A stretch of 64,000 nucleotides of DNA from Phormidium sp. (GTDB lineage Bacteria; Cyanobacteriota; Cyanobacteriia; Cyanobacteriales; Aerosakkonemataceae), in NCBI GenBank assembly GCA_051013385.1, contig CP143273.1, positions 672,001 through 736,000 on the forward strand. Reading direction: 5' to 3'. Below the pieces are notes generated by a model. It made no database searches. It was not told the DNA's origin and saw only the letters and a program-made list of their open reading frames with translations. Both the position numbers and the translations under genes were made by a program. Below are positions 1-11,692 of this stretch, piece by piece; position 1 is the first letter of the stretch; every line of letters starts with the position of its first letter.

Positions 1-1
1 C

Positions 2-1141
2 TACCCCAATGTCCCACGACTCGGTTTCATTTGGAAAGTTGATGAAGTCCTCTTTCTAAAAGGGGAAATGTATTTTGCCCTTTGTTCTCATGCTCTAATG
101 GCAGGAGGCAAGCTAGAAGCTAGTTTCGTTTGTGGTTCCCTGTGGGCGTATTTTATTGCCGAAGCCCACTTCTTGATCTCTTGGCAGCCCTACTTCTACG
201 ATATCCAAATTCAAGTCCGAATGCAGGCTGGTTTAGGAATTTTAGGGCCTGTTTGCGAGGGAGTCAAACTGCACATTTGGGGGCCAGAATTTGGGGGTCT
301 TGCCACTATCAAGATTGTGTTCGTCAAAGTTAATATTGAATTTGGCGATCGATCTTCTAGCTTCCCGTCTCCCATTGACTGGGAAACTTTCAAAAAATCC
401 TTCTTACCTGACGATAAAGAAGTTTGTACCATTGCTGTCACTCAAGGAATCACCAGGCAACTCTCACAATCTGATGGAACTCCGTTATTTGTTGTTAATG
501 CCTTGGAGTTTGAGCTAGTTACTAATTCTGTAATTCCCACTAAGCAAGGATATTATTTGGATGGAAGCGAGCAATCCCTCTCAAATTCAGATGCAAAAAC
601 AGAATTTGGTGTTCGTTCTATGGGCATTAAAAATGACGAATTAGAGACAACACACAAAATTGAAATTACTCGCGATGGCATAAAGGTAAATCAAGACCAG
701 TGGAAATTTGAGCCAGCGACTCAACAAATTCCTACCGGACTTTGGGGTGATGCTCGCGTTAAAATGAGTCAGGGTAAGGAACGTCTTATTCCGCCAGAAA
801 CAAACGAAAAACTGTTTTTAGAAAACACGCTCTCTGGTTTCCGTATTGTTCCCAATAAACCACCAGAATCAGGCAAGACTGATAGTATTAAAGTCAGCGA
901 TTTGCAATACGATACTGAACTAATAAATAATGTCTATGCTTGGCAGAAAATTCCAAGTTTTGCGCCAGTTTCAGCCCCAGATGCGAGTCGGAGAACTACG
1001 ATCGAGAACAATATTGTCAGTACCGATACTAATACTCGCCGCAACCAACTCTTAGAATCACTCGGCTTCACTCCCACAGAAGACGTTAAACTAACTAATT
1101 CTGTAGCTGATGCTTTTGTAATGGCTCCACAAGTTAAGTGA
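2..1141 (+). CDS. DUF6603-type large hypothetical protein, C-terminal part (5' end outside window)
   Basis: The frame is open from base 2 (YPNVPRLGFIW...KGEMYFAL...MAGG...LHIWGPEFGG). These motifs are recognised from the C-terminal region of DUF6603-containing proteins. Confidence 0.65.
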   Translation, partial: YPNVPRLGFIWKVDEVLFLKGEMYFALCSHALMAGGKLEASFVCGSLWAYFIAEAHFLISWQPYFYDIQIQVRMQAGLGILGPVCEGVKLHIWGPEFGGLATIKIVFVKVNIEFGDRSSSFPSPIDWETFKKSFLPDDKEVCTIAVTQGITRQLSQSDGTPLFVVNALEFELVTNSVIPTKQGYYLDGSEQSLSNSDAKTEFGVRSMGIKNDELETTHKIEITRDGIKVNQDQWKFEPATQQIPTGLWGDARVKMSQGKERLIPPETNEKLFLENTLSGFRIVPNKPPESGKTDSIKVSDLQYDTELINNVYAWQKIPSFAPVSAPDASRRTTIENNIVSTDTNTRRNQLLESLGFTPTEDVKLTNSVADAFVMAPQVK

Positions 1142-1341
1142 AAAAGGTAGGAGTTATGTAATTGGTACAAAGGCACGAATGCGTCAGGTGAGAAAAGTGG
1201 AAATCAAAATTGTCAAAGTTAAAAGTCTGACGCATCCTACAATTTGCTTGAAATATCAAACTAGCCTAAGTCCTGAAATATTTTGGCTAGCGACAACTCT
1301 CCTTCATAGTCAACAGATCTTTTACGAAGAGGATTAATTTC

Positions 1342-3294
1342 ATGTCTGCACCCAATATTAAAGTTAAATTCATTCAGTATCACCAACCGAATTTGGCTAG
1401 TGGCACATACAAAATTGAGGTTAAGCAAAGCATTAAAACCAAGGAGTCTAGTGAAATATCCAAGCAAAGCATTAAAACCAACAATTCTAGTAAAATATCC
1501 GAGCAAAAATTTTCAAATACTCTTATTTTTGTGGTTAGCGGACATCGCTTTGCTCCCCTAACTGCCGATGATATTTACGCCGTCTTTCCCCCATCGGGAA
1601 ACTTAGGTAATTATTCTAATGCTTTACCACATATTACTCTCAAGCGTAGCACCTTACCTTGGGAGCGCTCAATTAATGCAGTGAATTCCAAGCTCCCTTG
1701 GTTAGCCCTACTCTTGTTTCGGGAATCAGAAAAACCAACCCCGATAAATATTCAATTAAAAGATTTAAAAGATATTCAAGCGAGTGCCAAATTCCCTAAT
1801 TTCGATGACGAACCCGGACAACTGCCAGAGGATGAACTCACTGTTATTGACGTACCCAAAAAACTTTTAGAGCAGATTCTTCCTACCCAAGAAGATGTGG
1901 CTCTCCTGGCTCATATTAACCAACTGACTAATGCTCAGGACTCCCCCCTCAGCGAACCTTTAGCAACTATATTAGGCAACCGCCTACCTGAATTCGGCGA
2001 AGTTAGTACGGTTCATTTGGTTTCTCTGGAAAATCGCTATAAAGGCAAAGAAAATGGACAATTTGACTACCAAGGCGCGGGAGATAACGATTTAATCCGC
2101 TTAGTCAGTCTAGCAAGTTGGAGCTTTGCTTGCATTGATAGCAAGCATAATTTCGCCGCCTTGCTAGAAAAACTCGATCGCAACCCAGATACCCTGAGAC
2201 TTCCCAGCCGAAATAATAGCAATGTAGATAATTACTTAAATTTGGGCTATGTGCCTCTAGCCCATGCTCTCCGACAGGGAGATAAAACTGTTTCCTGGTA
2301 TCACAGTCCCCTCAGTCCGGGTAAAAATCCCGAACGGCTATTGGGGCCTGTTGCCACAGCTGACGCACTGCTACGTTACGATTCTAATAGCGGTTTGTTT
2401 GATGTTTCATACGCTGCTGCTTGGGAATTAGGGCGGATGCTCACCCTCAACAACCAAAATCTTGCGGTTGAGCTTTTCAACTGGAAGCGATCGAATGCTC
2501 AAATTCTCCATCAGATGCAGCAACAGGTACTTTACTTGCCTTTTCAGGGAGAGACAAGTGATGATAGTACAAATATGCCACCGGAGGCGATCGCCACTTG
2601 GTTCAGCGATTTAGAACTCCTTAAACACATTCCTTTTAACTATCTTATTCCTGACGAACAATTACTTCCGCCTGAATCTCTCCGCTTCTTTTGGGTAGAT
2701 TCTTATTGGGTTGACTGCTTACAAGATGGCGCTTTTAGCATCGGTCGCGTTACTTCCACAGACTTAAAAACAGATACTGAAATTCAGTCTAGTCCATCAG
2801 GCACGAGAGCAGATGAACTAATTACTGGTTTTTTGTTACATTCAGAAGTAGTGTCTGGTTGGCCTGGTTTAGAAGTAGAGGGTTACGGCAACCTCATTGA
2901 TAATTTAGTTATTCCTGACCCTAACAATAAACTAACTATCCTGCGAAAGGAGCGTTTGTCAGAGAATATATTACTTTGTTTATTTAAGGGAGAAGTAAAG
3001 ACAATTGACTTTTCTCTCAAAGCCGAATCAGTGAATTGTGGTGTAGATCCAATTAATAAACTAGCTGTATCTAACAAATTTCAGATTGAAAAAGGATTAC
3101 GAAAACTTGATGGTACTCAAGGAAAAGAAAAAATAGATGTTCCTTGTAAAAATGCAGAGCTTGGAGTGATTAATATCAAGGAATTGGCGAATAAAATTCA
3201 ACAAAAACTTGATACAGGAGATTTCACTTCTGCTCAGTTTGCTCTAGCAATGATTGAAGGAGCGCCAAAAATTAGATTTTGCCAGAAGAAATGA
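1342..3294 (+). CDS. Conserved hypothetical protein typically co-encoded with DUF6603 proteins
   Basis: 650 aa ORF with motifs LPHITLKRSTLPWER, HLVSLE, DVSYAAAWELGR, IPFNYLIPD, PESLRFF and VSGWPGL, recognised from DUF6603-locus partner proteins. Confidence 0.65.
   Translation: MSAPNIKVKFIQYHQPNLASGTYKIEVKQSIKTKESSEISKQSIKTNNSSKISEQKFSNTLIFVVSGHRFAPLTADDIYAVFPPSGNLGNYSNALPHITLKRSTLPWERSINAVNSKLPWLALLLFRESEKPTPINIQLKDLKDIQASAKFPNFDDEPGQLPEDELTVIDVPKKLLEQILPTQEDVALLAHINQLTNAQDSPLSEPLATILGNRLPEFGEVSTVHLVSLENRYKGKENGQFDYQGAGDNDLIRLVSLASWSFACIDSKHNFAALLEKLDRNPDTLRLPSRNNSNVDNYLNLGYVPLAHALRQGDKTVSWYHSPLSPGKNPERLLGPVATADALLRYDSNSGLFDVSYAAAWELGRMLTLNNQNLAVELFNWKRSNAQILHQMQQQVLYLPFQGETSDDSTNMPPEAIATWFSDLELLKHIPFNYLIPDEQLLPPESLRFFWVDSYWVDCLQDGAFSIGRVTSTDLKTDTEIQSSPSGTRADELITGFLLHSEVVSGWPGLEVEGYGNLIDNLVIPDPNNKLTILRKERLSENILLCLFKGEVKTIDFSLKAESVNCGVDPINKLAVSNKFQIEKGLRKLDGTQGKEKIDVPCKNAELGVINIKELANKIQQKLDTGDFTSAQFALAMIEGAPKIRFCQKK
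1423..1500 (+). repeat. In-frame 39 bp tandem duplication (KQSIKT..SS.IS x2)
   Basis: aagcaaagcattaaaaccaa...tctagt.aaatatcc occurs at 1423-1461 and 1462-1500. Confidence 0.85.
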
Positions 3295-3525
3295 TATGCT
3301 TTACAAAATTCTTGAAGATGTTGTCGCGTGTCCCGGTAAGTGGGTCCTTACGCTATTTTGGTGAAGAGAAGCAATAAGCCAGAAAATAGACGTGGTAAGG
3401 GTTAGAGGGATGTAGTACCCCCCAGAAAGAAAAAGTAGAACTAGCCCGTTGAGGCATCGTTGCACTAATTCGGGTATTCGTTGGGTGAGCGAAGTGGTGT
3501 TGCTTAACTTTTCCTTTTTTGGCTA

Positions 3526-3642
3526 TTAATTGACCAGCACTAACTCTACTCCTGCTGATTTTAGACGGGCTATCTGCTGCTCAAGTGCATGACTATTTTG
3601 ACTTGGCTCAACAGAGGAAACCCTAGCATAAGCGATGATCTC
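3526..3642 (-). pseudogene. N-terminal remnant of a XisF-like large serine recombinase
   Basis: Manual minus-strand translation gives EIIAYARVSSVEPSQNSHALEQQIARLKSAGVELVLVN*. It carries the YARVS catalytic serine motif, has no start codon and stops after 38 codons. Confidence 0.75.
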
Positions 3643-3649
3643 CGGGACT

Positions 3650-4159
3650 TCAGCAATTTTCTCCTGTTTGTTCACAAGCACCAATACTTACCCAACTGCT
3701 AGATAATTTACCATCTAGCTCGCTATACCACTCCTTTTTCCAAATTGGTGCGTTGTGTTTCAGAGTGTCGATCGCATATTGACAAGCAGCAAAAGCCTCC
3801 GATCTATGGGGACAACCTACAGCTACCAAAACACTAATTTCCCCAATCTCTAACCTTCCAATTCGATGATGAATCACCACCCGATTTACACCTAACCAAG
3901 TATTACGAATCTGGGTGGCAATTTGAGCAAAAACTTGTAACGCCATCGGTTGATATGCTTGATATTCTAACGCAACCACAGCTTTCCCATCAGTTTGATT
4001 GCGAACCATCCCACTCATTACCACGATCGCACCATTACCCGCCTCATCTGCTAAACCGTAAACTTCCTCTAAAGATAAAGGTGCAAAAGTAATCGCAAAA
4101 CTATCATTGGGATTGGATTGAATTGGATAAGTTTGTGAACTGACAACAGTAGAATTCAT
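3650..4159 (-). CDS. moaE: Molybdopterin synthase catalytic subunit
   Basis: Motifs GAIVVMSGMVR, LEYQAY, HRIG, HRSEAF and LKHNAPIWKKE. Confidence 0.93.
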   Translation of the reverse strand: MNSTVVSSQTYPIQSNPNDSFAITFAPLSLEEVYGLADEAGNGAIVVMSGMVRNQTDGKAVVALEYQAYQPMALQVFAQIATQIRNTWLGVNRVVIHHRIGRLEIGEISVLVAVGCPHRSEAFAACQYAIDTLKHNAPIWKKEWYSELDGKLSSSWVSIGACEQTGENC

Positions 4160-4213
4160 AGGAAATAGATAGAAAAGAATAATTCCAACACTTGCAAATT
4201 ATCAGCAATTTTT

Positions 4214-4247
4214 AGATCCCCGACAACTTCTGCGAAGTCGGGGATCT
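4214..4247. repeat. REP-like palindromic dispersed repeat (identical copy at 57129-57162)
   Basis: agatccccgacaacttctgcgaagtcggggatct appears at both positions, each just downstream of a gene end. Confidence 0.85.
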
Positions 4248-4251
4248 GAAT

Positions 4252-5259
4252 TTAACTCTTACCCCCACCAATTAAATATAACAAAGCCATACGAATTGCT
4301 ACCCCACTAGTCACCTGCTGAGATATTAAACTGAACTCAGGATCGTCCATTAAATCAGAACTAATCTCTACTCCCCGATTCACTGGCCCCGGATGTAAAA
4401 CTCTCACTTCCGATTTACATAACTTTAATCTAGCGCGAGTAATCCCATACCTTTGATGATATTCTCGCAAACTAGGTAACAAATGCTGGGTCATTCTTTC
4501 CCGTTGTAAGCGTAAAGTCATGACAAAATCTGCATCTTTTAATGCAGGTTCTACATCCCAATGTAAAAATAATTTACGTTCAGGAATTGGGTAATTTTCC
4601 TGATTTTCTGGCATCCAATCAGCAAATAGCTTTGGTAACAAAGTTGGCGGGCCAGCTAAGTGGACTTCTGCTCCGGCTGCGGTTAAACTCCAAATATTAG
4701 ATCTGGCTACCCGTGAGTGCAGAATATCGCCCACAATTGCCACTTTTTTATGTTGCAAAAGTTCCATTTTTGGTTGTTTTGCATCTAACACCGAACAAAT
4801 TGTCAACAGATCCAATAATGCTTGTGAGGGGTGTTCGTGTTGTCCATCGCCAGCGTTGAGTACGCTTACTTGTGATTCTAATCGATCCATTTCATCTGCG
4901 ATTGCTTGTGGTACCCCTGCTTCCCGATGCCGTATTACCATTATATTGGTACCCATCGCTAGGTAGGTTTTCGCCGTATCTAAAATTGTTTCCCCTTTAG
5001 TTAATGAAGAGGTTGCTGGCGCAAAACTGAGTGTATCTGCTGAAAGTCTCTTAGCTGCTAATTCAAAACTGTTACGAGTCCGCGTTGATGATTCAAAAAA
5101 CAAATTAGCTACCACCTGTCCTTGCAGCGTCGGTACTTTCTTTACCCGGCGGGAGAGAACTTCTTGAAAACTAGCAGCTGTCTGCAAAACGATATCGTAC
5201 TCTGCTGGTAAGAAATCAGCTAAGGAAATGATGTGCTTGCGTGTCCAAATACTACTCAT
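4252..5259 (-). CDS. pyrB: Aspartate carbamoyltransferase catalytic subunit
   Basis: Motifs [38 protein letters not shown] and HPGPVNRG. Confidence 0.97.
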   Translation of the reverse strand: MSSIWTRKHIISLADFLPAEYDIVLQTAASFQEVLSRRVKKVPTLQGQVVANLFFESSTRTRNSFELAAKRLSADTLSFAPATSSLTKGETILDTAKTYLAMGTNIMVIRHREAGVPQAIADEMDRLESQVSVLNAGDGQHEHPSQALLDLLTICSVLDAKQPKMELLQHKKVAIVGDILHSRVARSNIWSLTAAGAEVHLAGPPTLLPKLFADWMPENQENYPIPERKLFLHWDVEPALKDADFVMTLRLQRERMTQHLLPSLREYHQRYGITRARLKLCKSEVRVLHPGPVNRGVEISSDLMDDPEFSLISQQVTSGVAIRMALLYLIGGGKS

Positions 5260-5454
5260 ATAATTTAATAACCTAGATGAAAAATCATACTGTGTATATA
5301 CTTAAAGCAATCATAAAATTTTTTTATTAGTTCAATACAATGGTTAAACCTAGAATAATCACTGAGGTAAGTGAACCAGAAATAAGGTAAAACAAGTTAC
5401 AGGTAAATTATAGGCTCAGAAAAATCTCACTCATCAACTTTAATCTCTCACAAC

Positions 5455-5462
5455 GCGATCGC
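5455..5462. repeat. HIP1 octamer GCGATCGC (example; dozens of copies across the window)
   Basis: Recurrent GCGATCGC and CGATCG throughout native genes. Confidence 0.9.
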
Positions 5463-5515
5463 AGCATAAAGTAAAAATTTCTCCAAAATCATGTTTTATA
5501 TAATACACCGCTTTT

Positions 5516-8500
5516 ATGGGAAGAGTGAAAATGAAAATGGCACTACCTAGCACTCAAACAAATAAGCTAAAAGTGCAACATCAGTATGAAACAGTCAGTA
5601 CAGATGCTCAAGTAGCATTTGATGACATTGTTCATCTAGCCGCACAAATTTGTCATACACCTATAGCAATTATTAACCTGATTGATAATCACAGACAATG
5701 GTTTAAAGCAAAAGTAGGAATAGAACTAACAGAAGTCCCAACAAATGTAAGTTTCTGCCCGATTTGTCTTCAAGAACGCGACTTAGTGATTATTGCTGAT
5801 ACTTTAAATGATGAGCGTGCTAAAAATAATCCAGTCGTCACATCCTATCCTTTTGTCAGATTTTACGCTGGGATTCCTTTAATTTTATCAGGGGGAGAAG
5901 CGATCGGGACTCTTTGCGTAATTGACCAAAAACCCAGAGAGATTACTGCTAAACAACTTGAAGCATTGCAAGCTTTAGCTCGTCAAGTAGTTAATATTTT
6001 GGAATTACATGATACCATTACCAAGCTGAAGCACACTAACAGCGAATATGAAAGTTCGCTAATCAAACTCAGCAATGATTATAAACAAGCGACATTAGAA
6101 CGCGATCGCTTTTTTACCATCTCATTAGACTTAATCTGTATTGCTGGATTTGATGGTTATTTTAAACGCTTAAATCCCGCATTTGAAAACACACTGGGAT
6201 ACAGCAAAGCCGAACTATTAGCAACACCATTTCTAAATTTTGTACATCCAGACGACAAAACAGAAACTATTGCTGTTATCGAAAAGTTAAATGCTGGCTT
6301 ACCTGTAATTAATTTTGAAAATCGTTACCTTTGTCAAAACGGTTCTTATAAATGGCTTTCTTGGAAAAGTATTCCCTTAATTTCAGAAGGCTTGATTTAT
6401 GCCACTGCTCGTGATATTACAGAACTTAAACATGGCGAAGTTGCACTCAAAGAAAGCGAAGAAAGATGGCAATTAGCATTACGAGGTAACAATGATGGGA
6501 TTTGGGATTGGAACTTAGAAAGTAATCAAGTATTCTTTTCTGCAATATGGAAAGAAATGCTTGGTTATGCAGATAGCGAAATTGCAAATCATGTTAATGA
6601 ATGGATAGTTCGCGTTCATCCCGACGATCTTCCTAAAGCCATGCAAGGGATTAATGAACATTTAGATAGAAAAACACCTTTTTATATAAATGAACATAGA
6701 TTGCTCTGTAAAGATGGCACTTATAAATGGATTTTAGACCGAGGTCAAGCACTGTGGAATGACCAAGGAAAACCAATTAGAATGGTTGGTTCCCATACAG
6801 ATATTACCGAAAGGAAACAAGCAGAGGTATTATTAAAAGAGCGTCAAATATCCCTAGCTCAACAAGAAGAATTACTGCGAAAAGTTTTAAATGCCATTCC
6901 TGTAGGAGTTTGGATTACCGATAACCAAGGTAAGATATTACAAGCAAATCCCGCCGCCTGTCAAATTTGGGGGGTAAAGAAAGAAAATTTTGATTTAGCT
7001 AATTTAAGCTTTGGATTAACTTCTCCTAATCCCCCAGACTCTCAGCAATTTAAAGCTTGGTGGACAGATACAGATAAACCGATCGAATCTCCAGAATGGG
7101 CACCTTATTTAGCAATAAGCAAAGGAGAAATTACTCTCAATCAGTGCATTGATATTCAACGTTTCGATCGCACTCGTAAAACTATTTTGAATTCGGCTAT
7201 TCCCTTAAGGAATGACCAGCAAGAAATTATCGGCTCAATAGTTGTTAATCAGGATATCACAGAACAACAAATAGTTAAACAAGCCCTTTGGGAAAATCAG
7301 CGTTTATTCCAAAAAATTGCCGATGCTACACCAGAAATACTCTACCTTTATGACTTAATATCTGACAGAAATATCTATGTAAATCATCAAATTACCGAAA
7401 TTTTGGGTTATAGTGCTTCCGAACTTCAACAAATAGAAGGTTTAGGGAAAAAACTAGTTCATCCAGAAGATTTTCCTAAACTCCAAGAAGGTTTTAAACG
7501 TTTAGCCCAAGCGAGAGACGGAGAAGTAATGGAAACTGAATATCGGATGCAAAGCGCCAATGGTGAATGGTGTTGGTTAATTAGTCGAGATGTAATCTTT
7601 AGCAGAACTCCTGAAGGTTTACCTTATCAAATATTGGGTACTGCTACCGATATTACTAAGCGCAAACAAGCAGAAGTAGAATTGCGAGAAATGAGTACAG
7701 CACTAGCAAACGCAGTTGAAGGAATTTCTCGCTTAGATAGCGATGGTTACTATCGTGCTGTTAATAAAGCTTATGCTAATACTTGTGGATATGAACCAGA
7801 AGAAATGTTAGGAATGTTGTGGCAAGAAACTGTACATCCTGAAGATTTAGAAAAACTCAAAAATGCTTATCAAGAAATGCTTTTAAAAGGCAAAGTGGAA
7901 GTTGAAGCTAGAGGTGTTCGCCAAGATCGATCGCATTTTTATAAACAGGTAGTTATGGTAGCTGCTTACAACAAAGAAAAGCAGTTTATTGGGCATCATT
8001 GTTTTATGAAAGATATTACTGAAAGGAGGCAATCAGAACAAAAAATCAGGGAACAAGCTGCCCTTTTAGATATTGCTACTGATGCGATTTTTGTGAAAGA
8101 TATTAATAGTAAAATTCTGTTTTGGAATCAGGGTGCTCAACGACTTTATGGTTGGACAGCAGCGGAAGCGATCGGTAAAAATGCCAATGATTTTTTATAT
8201 AAAAATCCTATCGATCACCAACAAATCCAGCAAACTCTTTTAGCCAAAGGAGAATGGCAAGGAGAACTTCGCAAAGTTACTAAAACAGGCAAAGAAATCA
8301 TTGTAGAAAGTCGCTGGACATTAGTCTATGATGAAGCAGGAAACCCTAAATCAATTTTAGTTGTCAACACAGACATTACCGAAAAGAAACTATTAGAATC
8401 TCAATTCCTCCGTGCTCAACGCATGGAAAGTTTGGGAACTTTAGCTAGTGGAATTGCTCACGATTTAAATAATATTTTAACCCCCATTTTAATGGCAGTG

Positions 8501-9556
8501 CAACTCCTAGAATTACAACTAAAAGATGAACGGAGTATGCGACTATTGCCGATCCTAAAAAACAATGCCAAACGAGGCGCAGAATTAGTTAAACAAGTAT
8601 TATCTTTTGGGCGGGGAATTGAAGGCGATCGCACTATTGTTCAAATCAGACATTTAGTTTCAGAAATTCATCATATCGCCAAAGAAACTTTTCCCAAATC
8701 TATCGAATTATATATTGATTTATCCTCCGATCTTTCCACTATTCTAGGAGATGCCACACAACTACATCAAGTATTAATGAATCTTTGTGTAAATGCGCGT
8801 GATGCTATGCCTAACGGCGGCACTTTGAGCATTTGTGCAGAAAATATTTGGATTGATGAAAACTATGCTAAATTAAACATTGATGCTAAAGTTGGCGCAT
8901 ATATTGTCCTGACCATAGTAGATACAGGAATGGGGATTCCTGGGGAAATTATCGATCGCATTTTTGAACCATTCTTTACTACCAAAGAACTGGGTAAAGG
9001 AACAGGACTTGGGTTATCCACAGTAATTGGAATTATTAAAAGTCATGGCGGCTTTATCAATGTTTATAGTGAACTGGGAAAAGGCACAGAATTTAAGGTT
9101 TATTTACCAGCATTAGCAGCCCAAGAAAACCAGCAAATAGAACCAAATCAAATACCGAAAGGTTCAGGAGAATTGATTTTAGTAGTAGATGATGAATCTG
9201 CCATTCGGGATCTTACTAAAACCTTATTAGAAAGTCATGGTTACAAAGTAATTTCTGCTAGTGATGGGCAACAAGCGATCGCTACTTACAAGCAAATTAA
9301 AGAAAAAATTAGTTTAGTATTACTAGACATGATGATGCCTAATATGGATGGTTCTAGCACCATAAATGAATTGAAAAAAATCAATCCTAATTTGGAAATT
9401 ATTGCCATGAGTGGACTAACTATTAATGCGGGAAATGCCGAAGCCGCAAGTCAGCAAGTAAAAGGCTTTCTTTCTAAACCTTTTACTAGTGAAGAATTAT
9501 TAGTTACTATTCAAACAGTATTGCACAAGAAAGCCAAAAATAAATCAAATGAATAA
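5516..9556 (+). CDS. Hybrid sensor histidine kinase (GAF, multiple PAS, HisKA, HATPase, REC)
   Basis: GAF (RFYAGIPL), about six PAS/PAC repeats, H-box [26 protein letters not shown] and a C-terminal receiver (VVDDE, LLDMMMP, KPF). Confidence 0.93.
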   Translation: MGRVKMKMALPSTQTNKLKVQHQYETVSTDAQVAFDDIVHLAAQICHTPIAIINLIDNHRQWFKAKVGIELTEVPTNVSFCPICLQERDLVIIADTLNDERAKNNPVVTSYPFVRFYAGIPLILSGGEAIGTLCVIDQKPREITAKQLEALQALARQVVNILELHDTITKLKHTNSEYESSLIKLSNDYKQATLERDRFFTISLDLICIAGFDGYFKRLNPAFENTLGYSKAELLATPFLNFVHPDDKTETIAVIEKLNAGLPVINFENRYLCQNGSYKWLSWKSIPLISEGLIYATARDITELKHGEVALKESEERWQLALRGNNDGIWDWNLESNQVFFSAIWKEMLGYADSEIANHVNEWIVRVHPDDLPKAMQGINEHLDRKTPFYINEHRLLCKDGTYKWILDRGQALWNDQGKPIRMVGSHTDITERKQAEVLLKERQISLAQQEELLRKVLNAIPVGVWITDNQGKILQANPAACQIWGVKKENFDLANLSFGLTSPNPPDSQQFKAWWTDTDKPIESPEWAPYLAISKGEITLNQCIDIQRFDRTRKTILNSAIPLRNDQQEIIGSIVVNQDITEQQIVKQALWENQRLFQKIADATPEILYLYDLISDRNIYVNHQITEILGYSASELQQIEGLGKKLVHPEDFPKLQEGFKRLAQARDGEVMETEYRMQSANGEWCWLISRDVIFSRTPEGLPYQILGTATDITKRKQAEVELREMSTALANAVEGISRLDSDGYYRAVNKAYANTCGYEPEEMLGMLWQETVHPEDLEKLKNAYQEMLLKGKVEVEARGVRQDRSHFYKQVVMVAAYNKEKQFIGHHCFMKDITERRQSEQKIREQAALLDIATDAIFVKDINSKILFWNQGAQRLYGWTAAEAIGKNANDFLYKNPIDHQQIQQTLLAKGEWQGELRKVTKTGKEIIVESRWTLVYDEAGNPKSILVVNTDITEKKLLESQFLRAQRMESLGTLASGIAHDLNNILTPILMAVQLLELQLKDERSMRLLPILKNNAKRGAELVKQVLSFGRGIEGDRTIVQIRHLVSEIHHIAKETFPKSIELYIDLSSDLSTILGDATQLHQVLMNLCVNARDAMPNGGTLSICAENIWIDENYAKLNIDAKVGAYIVLTIVDTGMGIPGEIIDRIFEPFFTTKELGKGTGLGLSTVIGIIKSHGGFINVYSELGKGTEFKVYLPALAAQENQQIEPNQIPKGSGELILVVDDESAIRDLTKTLLESHGYKVISASDGQQAIATYKQIKEKISLVLLDMMMPNMDGSSTINELKKINPNLEIIAMSGLTINAGNAEAASQQVKGFLSKPFTSEELLVTIQTVLHKKAKNKSNE

Positions 9557-10271
9557 ACTCAAAATTCTACAATCTACCAAGCGGGTACTGTTGATTTATT
9601 TGATTGCGATCGATCTAACCTTAGCAGCCATCTATCTCATTAGCACCATCTTATTTGGTAAATCTCTCAGCGAATTTGATTTTAATATACCCCGGACAAT
9701 CCCAGTTTTATTTGCTGCCTGTAAACTGTTTGCGATCGGTTTTTTGTTAACCCTAGCATCCTGTTGGCGACGGCATGAATTACCTAAAAAATCTTGGTTG
9801 TTACTATTAGCAGTCGGCACAGCATTTCTCTATGTATCGCAGGATAAAATCTGGAAAATCCACCTCCTTATCCATCGCTTCGATTGGATGCCAGAATTTA
9901 AAGGTGGGGGTATAGAATGGGTATTTTTTTATTTGCCCATTATCCTCTTAACTATCATATTAGGTTATCGACAATTAATAGCACTTTGGCGTGCCTATCC
10001 TAAAAGCACATTCTTTACTGTATTGGGAATAGTGATGTTTTTAATCGGAGGAATGGGAGTGGAAGTTATTCACGCTCAAATTTTTAAACAGTATGTTTCT
10101 CAAATAGCAGTTAGTCTTAATTCCACAACTGCGATCGTCAACTCAGTCAAAGATACAATTGAAGAATTGACAGAATTATTAGGTGAAAGCATCGCACTTT
10201 TCGGTCTAACTTTATTCTTTTCTAGCCGACTAGGGGCAGAAGGAATGGGGAAAATTGCATCGAAAATCTAA
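9549..10271 (+). CDS. Multi-pass membrane hypothetical protein
   Basis: 240 aa with several hydrophobic segments; overlaps the kinase stop codon, suggesting translational coupling. Confidence 0.75.
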   Translation: MNKLKILQSTKRVLLIYLIAIDLTLAAIYLISTILFGKSLSEFDFNIPRTIPVLFAACKLFAIGFLLTLASCWRRHELPKKSWLLLLAVGTAFLYVSQDKIWKIHLLIHRFDWMPEFKGGGIEWVFFYLPIILLTIILGYRQLIALWRAYPKSTFFTVLGIVMFLIGGMGVEVIHAQIFKQYVSQIAVSLNSTTAIVNSVKDTIEELTELLGESIALFGLTLFFSSRLGAEGMGKIASKI

Positions 10272-10273
10272 AA

Positions 10274-10328
10274 TTTCCCAGTCGTAGGGGCGATTCATGA
10301 ATCGCCCGTACCCCAGTCGCCAGTCCCC
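10274..10328. repeat. GTAG-type REP-like palindrome plus CCCCAGT repeats (near-identical copy at 17146-17200)
   Basis: tttcccagtcgtaggggcgattcatgaatcgcccgtaccccagtc appears at both loci. Confidence 0.85.
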
Positions 10329-10329
10329 T

Positions 10330-11688
10330 TCATTGAACCTTTAAACCAAAAACATTTAAAGATAGCGAGATTAAAGAAAGGAAAATTACAAATCCCACTG
10401 CATCCAAAGTAGTAGTTAATAACGGCCCACTCATCATCGCCGGATCGAGTTTTAAGCGCTTAATTCCCATTGGTAACAAAGTGCCTAAAATCACAGCGAC
10501 AAACACATTAATTGCCATGACTAACCCAGCGATTATACCCACCCATCTTGAACTCGGAGTAGTCCAAATAAAAGAGAGTAAAAACAAAGTTAAACCTAAA
10601 GCAGAAGCAGTTCCCAAAGCCGCTAAAATTTCCTTACGTAAAATTTTCAGCGTATCTAAAGGCGTAACTTCTCCTACACTTAAACCGCGAATAGTTACAG
10701 TGACAGCTTGAATCGCCACAGTTCCGCCAGTATTAGAAAAAATTGGCATAATTACCGCTAAAACTGGAACTTGGGAAATCACAGTTTGAAAAGGCGCGAT
10801 CGCACTTGCCGCCCCAATATACAACGCCATCACCCCCAACAACCAAGGTAAACGATTCTGAATCGTCACCAAAGGCCCAGACAAAGCTTCCTCATCACCA
10901 CTACTTAACCCAGCTAATCGCTGAATATCCTCGGTAGCTTCTTCCTCTAAAATGTCAATTACATCATCGATCGTGATAATACCCACCAAACGGTCTTCGC
11001 GATCGACCACAGGCAACGCAATCAAATCATAACGCTGCATCAATCGCGCCACCTCTTCTTGAGGCATTTCCGTATAAGCTTTAATCACCCGATTACTAGC
11101 AACATCGCGGATCAAAGCATTAGGAATCGAAAACAACAACTGCCGCAACGACACCACCTGCACCAACTTGCGGTTATCGTCCGTCACATAAGCATAGTAA
11201 ATCGTTTCCTTATCCTGGTCACTTAAACGAATTTTGCTTAAAGCTTCGCCAACCGTCAAACCTTCCCGCAACCGCACATACTCAGTCGTCATCACCCGAC
11301 CTGCCGTACCTTCTGGATAACCCAAAATAGTCGCCGTTGCTTGTCGTTCCGAAGGACTGAGTTGCTGTACCAATCGTTTTACCACTCCCGCTGGTAGCTC
11401 ATCAAATAATTCTGCCCGATCGTCCGGTCGCATTGCCTCCATAATCTGACATACATGAGTATCGTGCAACGAACCAATTAAATCTTCCTGCACTTCCTGC
11501 GGTAAATATTCAAAAACATCAATTGCCTGAGCTTTGTTTAACAAGCGAAAAGCGATCGCTCGTCGTTTCCTCGGCAACTCCGTAATATAATCGCCAACAT
11601 CCACCGCTTTTAAAGAATTAAGTTCCCACTTCAGCTGATTTAAATCAGCAATATCCTCTAGCGCAACACGCCCTTCCTGTGTCAGCAT
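10330..11688 (-). CDS. mgtE: Magnesium transporter MgtE
   Basis: N-domain, CBS pair (TAGRVMTTEY...GIITIDD) and TM region (RLPWL, NTGGT, DPAMMSGPLLTTTLD); AGGAGG Shine-Dalgarno upstream. Confidence 0.95.
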   Translation of the reverse strand: MLTQEGRVALEDIADLNQLKWELNSLKAVDVGDYITELPRKRRAIAFRLLNKAQAIDVFEYLPQEVQEDLIGSLHDTHVCQIMEAMRPDDRAELFDELPAGVVKRLVQQLSPSERQATATILGYPEGTAGRVMTTEYVRLREGLTVGEALSKIRLSDQDKETIYYAYVTDDNRKLVQVVSLRQLLFSIPNALIRDVASNRVIKAYTEMPQEEVARLMQRYDLIALPVVDREDRLVGIITIDDVIDILEEEATEDIQRLAGLSSGDEEALSGPLVTIQNRLPWLLGVMALYIGAASAIAPFQTVISQVPVLAVIMPIFSNTGGTVAIQAVTVTIRGLSVGEVTPLDTLKILRKEILAALGTASALGLTLFLLSFIWTTPSSRWVGIIAGLVMAINVFVAVILGTLLPMGIKRLKLDPAMMSGPLLTTTLDAVGFVIFLSLISLSLNVFGLKVQ

Positions 11689-11692
11689 ACAA

